A stretch of DNA of 64,000 nucleotides from an uncultured Candidatus Rokubacteria bacterium (lineage in GTDB: Bacteria; Methylomirabilota; Methylomirabilia; Rokubacteriales; CSP1-6): NCBI GenBank assembly GCA_963789955.1, contig CAWBMV010000001.1, forward strand, positions 608,001-672,000. Reading direction: 5' to 3'. Below the pieces are notes generated by a model, which saw only the letters and a list, made by a program, of their open reading frames with translations, was not told where the DNA came from and did not search any database. Positions 20,178 through 28,234 of the stretch are shown here, piece by piece. Position 1 is the first letter of the stretch. The number at the start of each line of letters is the position of its first letter. A program made the position numbers and the translations under genes.

Positions 20178-21043
20178 TTCGTGACGTCGTCAGCGTCCGT
20201 GACAAGACTCGCATCCACTACCGCCGTCTCGGACAGGGGCCGGGCGTGGTCCTGCTGCACGGCTATCCGCAGACCGGTCACATGTGGCGCAAAGTGATGC
20301 CGGCGCTCGCCGAGCGATTCACCGTCGTGGCGCCCGACCTGCGCGGCTACGGCGACTCCGACCGCCCGATTCGCGGCTACGACAAGCGCACGATGGCGGC
20401 CGACATCGCCGACGTGATCCAGGCGCTCGGCATCGGGCCGGTCGTGCTGATCGGTCACGATCGAGGCGCCCGCGTCGCGCATCGCTTCGCGCTCGACCAT
20501 CCCTCGCTGCTGACGCGGCTCGTGCTGCTCGACATCGCGCCCACGTACGATGTGTTCGCGCGGACCGACCAGGTGAGCGCTCGAGCGCGCTGGCACTGGT
20601 TCTTCCATCAGCTCCCCGACCTGCCGGAAGCGCTCACCGCCGGCCGCGAGGAGATCTATCTGCGCTACATGTACCGGACCTCGGCCTACAATCCCGCGGC
20701 CATCGAGGAAGAGGCGGTCCAGGAATACGTGCGCTGCTTCCGCCAGCCCGGCGCGATGCGCGCCGCGTTCGACGACTATCGCGCGGGCGCGACGATCGAT
20801 CTCGAGCAAGACGGCGCCGATCGCGACAAGAAGGTCGCCGCCCCGACCCTGATCCTGTGGGGTGAGGCCGGCGGCCGCCGGCCTCAGGTGCCCGACATGC
20901 TCGGCGTCTGGAAAGAGCGGTGCGCGCAGGTCGTGGGCCACGCGGTGCCCGGCTCGGGCCACTTCATTCCCGAGGAGCAGCCGGCGGCGGTGATCGAGGC
21001 CGTGCTGCGATTCGCCGGCGACCCGGCGAAGGCCGGTACCTGA
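20174..21043 (+). CDS. alpha/beta hydrolase, haloacetate (fluoroacetate) dehalogenase-like
   Basis: HGYPQT, GHDRGARVAHR, LLDIAP, WHWFF, DYRAGATID, GHFIPEE. Confidence 0.85.
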   Translation: MIRDVVSVRDKTRIHYRRLGQGPGVVLLHGYPQTGHMWRKVMPALAERFTVVAPDLRGYGDSDRPIRGYDKRTMAADIADVIQALGIGPVVLIGHDRGARVAHRFALDHPSLLTRLVLLDIAPTYDVFARTDQVSARARWHWFFHQLPDLPEALTAGREEIYLRYMYRTSAYNPAAIEEEAVQEYVRCFRQPGAMRAAFDDYRAGATIDLEQDGADRDKKVAAPTLILWGEAGGRRPQVPDMLGVWKERCAQVVGHAVPGSGHFIPEEQPAAVIEAVLRFAGDPAKAGT

Positions 21044-21450
21044 TGAAGCTCAAGAAATCGATCGCGCAATGGTTCGACCGCGAGCGGATCTGTCGCGTGG
21101 CCAGCGCGAACTCGCGCGGCATGCCGCATCTCGTCCCGGTGTGCCAGGTGGTGGCGGACGGCAAGATCTACTACGCCTCGGCGGCCGACGGCCGCAAGGC
21201 GTTGAACCTCGTCGAGAACCCGCGGGTCGCGGTGACCGTCGACCTCTACTCCGACGACTGGACGCACATCAAGGGCGCCACCGTGCAGGGCACGGCGCGC
21301 GTCTACGACAGGGGCCCGCGGTTCAGGAAGATCCGCGCGCGCCTGTACCGGAAGTATCCGCACTACTCCCGCGACGCCACGCTCGACGAAAGAGACTCGG
21401 TCATCATCGAAGTGACGCCGATCCGCGTCTTCACCTGGGGCCTGGACTAA
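21043..21450 (+). CDS. pyridoxamine 5'-phosphate oxidase family (split beta-barrel, flavin/F420-binding)
   Basis: RVASANSRGMPHLVPV, KALNLVENPRVAVTVD; TGATG overlap with the upstream gene. Confidence 0.88.
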   Translation: MKLKKSIAQWFDRERICRVASANSRGMPHLVPVCQVVADGKIYYASAADGRKALNLVENPRVAVTVDLYSDDWTHIKGATVQGTARVYDRGPRFRKIRARLYRKYPHYSRDATLDERDSVIIEVTPIRVFTWGLD

Positions 21451-21464
21451 ACCAACCCGCCCAA

Positions 21465-21587
21465 CCGGCGGCTCAAACAGGTCCAGATGCGAGGCGGCGG
21501 CCGAGGCCCGACCGAGGCGTATGCCGCATACGCCGCAGGAAGGGCCGAGGTCGCCAACGAAGCAGATGGGCCTGTTTCAGCCGCCGG
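21465..21587. mobile_element. ~123-bp palindromic intergenic element (MITE-like or structured RNA)
   Basis: 26-bp imperfect terminal inverted repeats CCGGCGGCTCAAACAGGTCCAGATGC / GCAGATGGGCCTGTTTCAGCCGCCGG; internal hairpin GGCGTATG-CCG-CATACGCC (21516-21534); lies between convergent genes. Confidence 0.7.
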
Positions 21588-21589
21588 CG

Positions 21590-22759
21590 CTACTCGGCGA
21601 CGCAGATGCGGTTGCGGCCCGTCCGCTTCGCGTGATACAGCGCCTGGTCGGCGGCGCGAATGACGTCGTCGGGCTCGACACTGGTCTCGTCCGGCTCCGC
21701 GACACCGATGCTGACGGTGATCTCGATCCGGCGCCGCCCGCCGTTCGAGCGCACCGGCTTCTCGGGGCGCACCTTCGGCCGATCGCGGCCGCGAAGGGTG
21801 AAGCTCGAGGCCTCGATCGCCTCGCGTAGATCCTCGAGATAGGGCAGCGCGTCCTCGGTCGACTTGCCCGGAAACAGCACCGCGAACTCCTCGCCGCCAT
21901 AGCGAAAGGGCCGGCCGCCGCCCTCGGTGCGGGTCAAGGTCGAGCCGATCATGCGCAGGACCTGATCGCCGGCGGCGTGACCGTACTCGTCGTTGAGCTT
22001 CTTGAAGTGATCGATGTCGATCATCGCGATCGTGTAGACCTCGGGCAGGCGCATGAGCGCGTCGGTCAAGGCGCGGCGTGACGGAAGCCCGGTCAGCTCG
22101 TCGCTGAACGCCATCCGGTGCGAGGTCTCGATCAGCGACACGATGAGGACGAGCCCGCCGGTCGCCAGATAGACCGTCGACGCGGGGCCGGTGCCGTGAA
22201 GGCCGAGCAGCGCGGCCAGCAGCGCCCAGGCGAGACTCGCCTGGATCACGGTCCGGCGGACGACGAAGCGCAGGGCGGTCGCCGCGATCGCGACCAGGAA
22301 GGCGATCAGCGCGACCGCCGGAATTCTCGTGACCTGCAGGCCGCTGAGCACGAGGCCCTGTTGCATGGTGTGGGCGACCGTTGACAGCTCCGGGCGCAGG
22401 AGCAGGGCGATCGCGAGGGGCTGGATAATGATCGCGCCCTCCACGATACGGCCTTGCCACGTCGACATGGTGCGCTCCGAGAGCCAGGCGATCGCGGCGA
22501 GATCGAGTGGCAGGAGGACCGCGACGGCAGAGTACACGATGCCGCCAACCTGCACCGACGAGCTCAAGAACGGAGACGCGATGGCACGATCGGCGGCCAA
22601 GAGGACCACCAGCGCGACGACGAGCTGGCTACGCTTGAATCGCCAGCCGAGCAGGATCCCGACGCCGAAGATGACCCACGAATAGACGGGCGCCGAGGTT
22701 GCGACCGCCTCCTGGATCGACGCGGTCTTCAAGATGACCGTGGCGCCCAGCAGCAGCAC
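21590..22759 (-). CDS. membrane-bound diguanylate cyclase (GGDEF domain); true start may be ~35 nt further upstream
   Basis: DELTGL, DIDHFKKLNDEYGH..GD, RYGGEEF, TVSIGVA, ADQALY.AK..GRN. Confidence 0.93.
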   Translation of the reverse strand: MLLLGATVILKTASIQEAVATSAPVYSWVIFGVGILLGWRFKRSQLVVALVVLLAADRAIASPFLSSSVQVGGIVYSAVAVLLPLDLAAIAWLSERTMSTWQGRIVEGAIIIQPLAIALLLRPELSTVAHTMQQGLVLSGLQVTRIPAVALIAFLVAIAATALRFVVRRTVIQASLAWALLAALLGLHGTGPASTVYLATGGLVLIVSLIETSHRMAFSDELTGLPSRRALTDALMRLPEVYTIAMIDIDHFKKLNDEYGHAAGDQVLRMIGSTLTRTEGGGRPFRYGGEEFAVLFPGKSTEDALPYLEDLREAIEASSFTLRGRDRPKVRPEKPVRSNGGRRRIEITVSIGVAEPDETSVEPDDVIRAADQALYHAKRTGRNRICVAE

Positions 22760-22804
22760 GGCGCCGGGCGCCAGGTGGGGCAGGAACCTGTCCAGGAGCG
22801 TCCG

Positions 22805-22954
22805 TTACTGCGGCGGGTAGCGGAACGGCGCCCAACCGTTGCCCTGGACCGGCTTGGGAGTGTAGGTCCCGCCCGACTTGGCCTGCTTCGGCGCAGCCGG
22901 CTTCTTGCCGGCCCGCTTCCGCGCCGCCGCCTTCGTGGCCTTCTTCTTTTTCAT
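22805..22954 (-). CDS. 49-aa Lys/Ala-rich basic micro-protein (not in ORF track)
   Basis: MKKKKATKAAARKRAGKKPAAPKQAKSGGTYTPKPVQGNGWAPFRYPPQ*; GC3-biased codons; promoter directly upstream. Confidence 0.7.
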   Translation of the reverse strand: MKKKKATKAAARKRAGKKPAAPKQAKSGGTYTPKPVQGNGWAPFRYPPQ

Positions 22955-22961
22955 GGAGCGC

Positions 22962-22991
22962 ACTTTACAACAGCGACAGAAATATGGTCAA
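22962..22991 (-). promoter_or_regulatory. sigma70-type promoter for a leaderless transcript
   Basis: TTGACC-N18-TAAAGT, then 7 nt to ATG at 22954; no SD. Confidence 0.65.
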
Positions 22992-23016
22992 TGAGAGGCC
23001 TGCTTGAGGAGATCGC

Positions 23017-23895
23017 GTGACGCCCGACTCGCTCCATCGGCTTCGCGACCGCCGGTTTCGCCGGCTGCCGGCGCGCCGAGTCCAGGGCGAGCGCGCGGCG
23101 CTCGCGTTCGTGCGCGACGTCGGCTTCTGCTCGACCTTCTACCGATTCCCCGAAGGCGTCGCCTGTCTCTGGGAGGCGGTGGCCGGCAAGGCGAACCCGC
23201 GCTGGCCCCGGCACTCGCACCACGACGCCGGCATCGGCCTCACCTGGGACCTCAAGGACACCCTGCCGGCGAGCAAGCGCGTGTACTACGGCAAGCTCCT
23301 CAAGGGCCGGCCGCTCCTGGTCTCGCTGGATCTGTTCCCGATGTTCTACGCGCTCGTGCGCGGCCGCCAGCGGGCGCGCGACTACCGTGTGGAGTACGAG
23401 GCGGGGCGACTCTCCCACACGGGCCGCCGGATCATGGACGCGATGCTCGACGAGCACCCGCAGTACACGCGCGAGCTGCGCGCGAACGTGTTCATGCTGG
23501 AGCCCTCGAAGACCCGCGAGTTCGAGCGCGCGATGGCGGAGCTCCAGCAGGGGCTCTGGCTCGTCAAGAGCGAGGAGCGCTACGAGCCGACCTTCTCCTA
23601 TCGCTGGGACCTGCTCGAGACGTGGCTGCCGGACAAGGTCGCCGAAGGCCGCCGGCTGTCGCGCGAGACGGCCGTCTCGGGGCTGATCGAGCGCTACACG
23701 CGCGGCGCGGTGTTCACGACCGAGCGGCAGCTCGCGCGGCTGTTCGGCCTCGCGTCCGACGAGGTCGCGCGGGCGGTCAAGACCCTGGCGCGCGCCCGAG
23801 CGGTGCGGGCCGACTGCGCGATCGACGGCTGGCCCGGCCGCTGGCTGATCCACGGAGCGGCCGCGGGGAATGCGCGGAGCGCGGAAAGGAGCTGA
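23017..23895 (+). CDS. AlkZ/YcaQ-related winged-helix protein (putative crosslink-repair DNA glycosylase-like)
   Basis: GAGGAG RBS + GTG; ALAFVRDVGF, LWEAV, W.LKD.L....VYYGKLL.G..LLVS, ELQ..LWLV pattern recalled for AlkZ-related proteins. Confidence 0.65.
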   Translation: MTPDSLHRLRDRRFRRLPARRVQGERAALAFVRDVGFCSTFYRFPEGVACLWEAVAGKANPRWPRHSHHDAGIGLTWDLKDTLPASKRVYYGKLLKGRPLLVSLDLFPMFYALVRGRQRARDYRVEYEAGRLSHTGRRIMDAMLDEHPQYTRELRANVFMLEPSKTREFERAMAELQQGLWLVKSEERYEPTFSYRWDLLETWLPDKVAEGRRLSRETAVSGLIERYTRGAVFTTERQLARLFGLASDEVARAVKTLARARAVRADCAIDGWPGRWLIHGAAAGNARSAERS

Positions 23896-23899
23896 GCCG

Positions 23900-24727
23900 A
23901 TGCCGACGGTGAGACTGCGGGACGCCGGAGAATACCCGGAGCCCATCCAGAAGCTCTTCGAGGTTGCGAAGGCGTGGTTCAAGTACGACTTCGCGCAGCC
24001 GCCGGCGATGAGCCGGGTGATGGCGTGGGATCCGGAGCTCGGCGCCTTTCACGGGCGCGCGATGAAGCGCGCGATGACGCCGGGGGAATTCAGCCGGGCC
24101 GAGAAGGAGATGGTCGCCGCGGTCGTCAGCGGCGTCAACGCCTGCGCGTACTGAGTACGCGCCCACACTGCAGCCGGGAAGCTGCAGGGAATGGCCGGCG
24201 ACGCGCCCTGGTACGAGGCTGCGCTCCTCGTGGGCGTCACGAACGCGCTCAACGTCGTCGCCGACTCACCGCTGGAATCGCTCGAGCCGGCGAGCCCGAG
24301 CGCCGAGGCGCAGACCGTGTTCGCCGACATCCGCGCCTTCTACGACCGCGCCGACGTGCCGGTCCCGTTCCGCCGGGTGGCGTCCGACCCGGGCTATCTG
24401 GCCGATCTGTGGGGCGCCACCCGCCGCGTGTTCGCCGACAACACCCTCACGCGCCGCCACAAGGAGGCGCTGGCGTTCGCCGTGTCGGTCACGACCCGCT
24501 CTTCGTTCGGGACGGCATTCCATCTGGCCGAGATGCGACGGCTCGGCGTCGGCGAGCGCGGCGTGATGGAGGTGCTCGGCGTCACGCAGATGTTCTCGAG
24601 CTACACCAAGATCGCCGACACGCTCCAGCTCGAGCCGGACATGGACCACATCGCCGCGGCCGACCCGTCGCCGGCGCCGGGCGGTACGCCGCCCACGCCC
24701 AGAACGCGACCTCCCGAGGCGCCGTAG
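23900..24727 (+). CDS. AhpD/carboxymuconolactone decarboxylase-family protein, two CMD domains, candidate selenoprotein (CxxU; UGA at 24152-24154, codon 85)
   Basis: AAGGAG RBS + ATG 23900. EKEMVAAVVSGVNAC-A-Y-U-VRAH matches the AhpD ExxxxxxSxxNxCxxCxxxH motif. Reads in frame into ORF 24191-24727. Confidence 0.9.
24161..24195 (+). promoter_or_regulatory. putative bacterial SECIS hairpin of the AhpD-like gene
   Basis: Perfect 7-bp stem CUGCAGC(CGGGAA)GCUGCAG at 24168-24187. The loop starts 20 nt after the UGA with G at loop position 2; weak lower stem GCCCA/UGGC. Confidence 0.75.
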
Positions 24728-24741
24728 CGCAGCGGCGCGAC

Positions 24742-26026
24742 TCAGCGGCCGCGGCAGTCTTCGCGAAGCGTGGTGCGGGCGACGTCGAGAAACCGCTGGA
24801 TGTCCGCGCCGGTGTGGGCGAGCGAGAGATACAGCTTCGTCGACATCGGATTCAGGAAGATGCCGCGCCGGAAGAGGCCCAGCAGGAAGGCGCGGGCGCG
24901 AGCCCGGTCGGAGTCGAACGCGGTCCGGTAGTCGACGACCTCGTGATCGGTGAACACGATCGCCGCGAGCGGACCGTCGCCCTGAACCTGCGCGGTGACG
25001 CCTTCCTGCTTCAGCACCGAGACGAGCCCGCCGCGCAGCGACTCGCCGAGCGCGAAGAGGCGCTCATACGTGCCCTCGCGCCGCAGCTCGGCCAGAGTGG
25101 CGACCGCCGCCGCGGCGGAGACGGGATTGCCCCCGATGCTCGAGGCGAACCACACGTAGCGATCCTGGCCGAGCCGATCTTCGCGCACGAGGTCGAGCAC
25201 GTCGGCCCGGCCCGCCACGACGCCGATCGGATAGCCGCCGCCGAGCGCCTTGCCGTAGGTCGCCAGGTCCGGCCGCACGCCGTAGTACTCCTGCGCGCCG
25301 CCGTACGCGAGGCGGAATCCCGTCACGGTCTCGTCGAAGATCAAGAGCACGCCGAGCTCGGCCGTGAGCTCGCGCAGCCCCGCGAGGAACCCGGGCTGGG
25401 GCGGCGTGCAGCGATGGAGCGGCTCGACGATGATGGCGGCGACGTCGTCGCGATGGGCCGCGAGGATCGCCGTGGTCGTGCGCGAGATCGTTGTACGGCG
25501 CCACCAGCACGTCGTCGACGGCGCTCGCCGGCACGCCGGCCGACGTGGGCTCGCCCTGCGGAAACGCGAGGAGGCGGCGCGGGAACAGGCTCACGGTGCC
25601 GACCTCGTTCGCGCCGTGGTACGCGCCCTCGAATTTCAGGACGCGCGAGCGCCCGGTGTAGGCGCGCGCGAGCCGCGCGGCGTACGCGGTGGCCTCGGTG
25701 CCCGAGGCGCAGAAGCGCAAGCGCTCGGCGCACGGGACCGCCCGCGCCAGCTCCTCGGCGAGCTCGAGTGAGGCGTCGGTGACGTAGGCGAAGTTCGAGC
25801 CGAGCGCCGCGCGGCGGCGGACCGCCTCGACGATCGCCGGGTGGGCGTGGCCGAGGATCACGGATCCCCAGCCCATCGTGAAGTCGGTGAACGCGCGGCC
25901 GTCCGTATCCCAGACGGTGGCGCCCTCGCCGCGAGCGAGCACGATCGTGAGCTCGCGGGGCAAGTCGTACTCGCCGGGTGAGCCCGCTGGAAAGACGGCC
26001 CACGAGCGGTCGGCGGCGGATGTCAC
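24742..26026 (-). CDS. class III aminotransferase, glutamate-1-semialdehyde aminomutase-like (frameshift near 25480)
   Basis: GATVWDTDG..F.D..MGWGSVILGH, SGTEA, KFEGAYHG, IFDETVTGFR, PDLATYGKALGGGYP. Confidence 0.88.
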
Positions 26027-26061
26027 GGCAGTGGTGGGCTACGACGCGAGCGCGCCGAGGA

Positions 26062-26235
26062 TCAGGGGTCCGAGCAATCCCTGCAGCTTCCGCAGTTCTT
26101 GCAGACGATCTTGCACTGACGCTCTTCCATCTGCTCGCCGCAGCGTTCGCAGTGGTGCACCCAGTGGGCTCCGGCGGAGAGAGGCGTGACGTCGGCGCGA
26201 ACGAGGGGCCGAGACGGGCTCGGGCGCGGCTCCAT
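26062..26235 (-). CDS. 57-aa Cys-rich zinc-finger micro-protein (HVO_2523-like; not in ORF track)
   Basis: MEPRPSPSRPLVRADVTPLSAGAHWVHHCERCGEQMEERQCKIVCKNCGSCRDCSDP*; two CxxCG motifs plus terminal DCSDP. Confidence 0.8.
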   Translation of the reverse strand: MEPRPSPSRPLVRADVTPLSAGAHWVHHCERCGEQMEERQCKIVCKNCGSCRDCSDP

Positions 26236-26240
26236 GCCGC

Positions 26241-26250
26241 TGGTACACTA
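26241..26250. promoter_or_regulatory. overlapping divergent -10 elements (bidirectional promoter)
   Basis: Plus strand TGgTACACT 7 nt before ATG 26257; minus strand TAGTGT 9 nt before ATG 26235; only 21 bp between start codons. Confidence 0.6.
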
Positions 26251-26256
26251 CCGCGC

Positions 26257-26748
26257 ATGGCCGACGACTGGCAAGATCTAGAGTTCCTGCGCCACGTGTT
26301 CGACGAGACGCAGGTGGTGCGCAAGCCCCTCACCGGGATCATCACGGGCTACCACGTGCTGCCCTACATCCTGGTCGGGCCCGAGCACGACCAGCCCGGC
26401 CGCTCGGTGGAGGTTCGCGGCCGCATCAAGGTGTCGCCGCGGCTCGTCATCGGCGCCGGCAGCCCGACCTACGGCGAGATGTTCAACGAGACCGAGCTCA
26501 TGGATCAGCGCCTGATCGCGCGCGTGTTCAGCTTCCGCTACGCCTCGCGGGTCTCGCTCGAGAGCGAGGAGCTCCGCATCCGCCGCCAGGAGCGGGACGC
26601 GCCCGGCCATCTCGAGCGTGTGCTCGAGGAGCTGTCGCAGCGCGAGGTCATCAACACGGGCGTCATCGCGACGCCGGACGTGCGCTTCTATCCCGTCTCG
26701 ATCGACCGCTTCATCCGCGAGATCCTCGATCAAGAGTTCCGCGAGTAG
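26257..26748 (+). CDS. hypothetical protein
   Basis: Strong GC3 codon bias, globular composition (MADDWQDLEF...YHVLPYILVG...ILDQEFRE). Confidence 0.8.
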   Translation: MADDWQDLEFLRHVFDETQVVRKPLTGIITGYHVLPYILVGPEHDQPGRSVEVRGRIKVSPRLVIGAGSPTYGEMFNETELMDQRLIARVFSFRYASRVSLESEELRIRRQERDAPGHLERVLEELSQREVINTGVIATPDVRFYPVSIDRFIREILDQEFRE

Positions 26749-26749
26749 C

Positions 26750-28234
26750 CTGGTCGTCCTCGGTCTGGCCGGGCTCGTGGGCGTGCTCGCATGGCGCTCG
26801 CGCGGCTGGCCGCTGATCCACGACGCGCCGCTCATGCACTACATCGCCTGGCGGATCAGCGAGGGCGCCGTGCCGTATCGGGACCTCTTCGACATGAATT
26901 TCCCGGGCGTCTACCTGCTGCATCTGGCCGCGCTCAAGCTGTTCGGCGCCGGCGACGCCGGGTGGCGCGCGTTCGATCTCGTGTGGCTGGCGGCGACGTC
27001 GCTCGCGGCCGCGGCGCTGGCCGCGCCGTGGGGACGGCTCGCGGCCGCCGGCGCCGGCCTGTTCATGGCGGTCTACCATCTGGCCGCCGGCGCCTGGCAG
27101 ACGGGACAGCGCGACTTTCTCCTGTGTCCGTTCCTGTTGCTGGCCGCGCTCGCCGTCGCGCGCTGGGCCGAGCGTCCGGGACAACGCGCGAGCCTCGCAT
27201 GGGGCGGGCTGGCGCTCGGCGCCGGGATCACGGTGAAGCCCCACGCCGGATTGCTCGCCGCGGCGCTGCTCGTGCTCGTCGCGGTCGTGGCGCGCCGACG
27301 CGGGCTGCTCGAGAGCGAGCGCGCCGCGGACGGCGCGACGCCGGCCGCGCGGCGTCTGTCGGCGCGCAACGTCGCGGCTCCGGTGGGGATCTTCGCGGCG
27401 GCGATCGTCGTGCCGTCGCTCGCCGTCGTCGCCTGGCTCGCCGCCGTGGGCGCGCTCCCTGCGTGGTACGAGATCGTCGTCCGCTATCTCGTGCCGCTCT
27501 ACTCGCGCCTGGGGCGACCGGATCGGTGGACCTTCTATCGATGGCACGTGTGGCTTCCGATCGCGGCCGGCGTGGCGCTCTCGCTCGGATCCGCCCTCGC
27601 GGGCCGCCGCTTCGGTACGAGGCACGCGGTCGTGACCGTCGGGCTCGGCTACGGCGTCGTCCACTTCTTCGGCCAGGGCAAGGGCTGGGAGTACCATCTC
27701 TATCCGCTCGCGGCCTTCGCGGCGGTCGCGCTGTTCGCCGAGATGCCGCGGCTGGTCGAAGCGAGCCGCGTGGCGGCGGTGCCCCTGCTCGCGTGTATCG
27801 TCGCGGCCGCGGCGATGCTCGGGATCAAGGGGGTCGAGGCGTCCGACGCCGCGTGGATCGCGGCAAAGGAGCGCCGGGTCAGCGCGGTCGTGGCGGACCT
27901 CGACGGTCGGATCGCGCCGGAGGACTTCGTGCAGGTACTGGACACCACCGAGGCCGGCGTCCACGCGTTGCTGCGGCTCCGCGCCGTCCAGCCGACGCGG
28001 TTCATCTACGACTTCCACTTCTATCACGACGTCCAGACGCCGATGATCCGGCGGCTGCGCGACGAGTTCCTCACGAGCTTCGACGCGCATCCGCCGAAGT
28101 TCGTCGTGCTGTTCGAGCGCGGGTGGCCCGCGGGCGGCTACGAGCGCGTCGACGGCTTCGCCGGGCTTCGGCTGAGGCTCTCGGCCTACCGGATCGATCG
28201 GCGCGGCGACGGGTACCTCGTGTATGCGCGCTGA
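26750..28234 (+). CDS. GT-C type (ArnT/PMT-like) membrane glycosyltransferase; start uncertain
   Basis: HDAPLMHYIAW....GAVPYRDLFDMNFPG, QRD, KP motifs; many TM helices. Confidence 0.7.
   Translation: MVVLGLAGLVGVLAWRSRGWPLIHDAPLMHYIAWRISEGAVPYRDLFDMNFPGVYLLHLAALKLFGAGDAGWRAFDLVWLAATSLAAAALAAPWGRLAAAGAGLFMAVYHLAAGAWQTGQRDFLLCPFLLLAALAVARWAERPGQRASLAWGGLALGAGITVKPHAGLLAAALLVLVAVVARRRGLLESERAADGATPAARRLSARNVAAPVGIFAAAIVVPSLAVVAWLAAVGALPAWYEIVVRYLVPLYSRLGRPDRWTFYRWHVWLPIAAGVALSLGSALAGRRFGTRHAVVTVGLGYGVVHFFGQGKGWEYHLYPLAAFAAVALFAEMPRLVEASRVAAVPLLACIVAAAAMLGIKGVEASDAAWIAAKERRVSAVVADLDGRIAPEDFVQVLDTTEAGVHALLRLRAVQPTRFIYDFHFYHDVQTPMIRRLRDEFLTSFDAHPPKFVVLFERGWPAGGYERVDGFAGLRLRLSAYRIDRRGDGYLVYAR

Noticed and set aside
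19418..21043. Epimerase-hydrolase fusion ORF (541 aa)
   Set aside because: The epimerase continues in the 19668-20177 frame and ends in an ATGA overlap with the hydrolase start.
27290..27367. 10-bp inverted repeat around a hydrophilic insert in the glycosyltransferase
   Set aside because: Short and almost all G/C; expected by chance at this composition.
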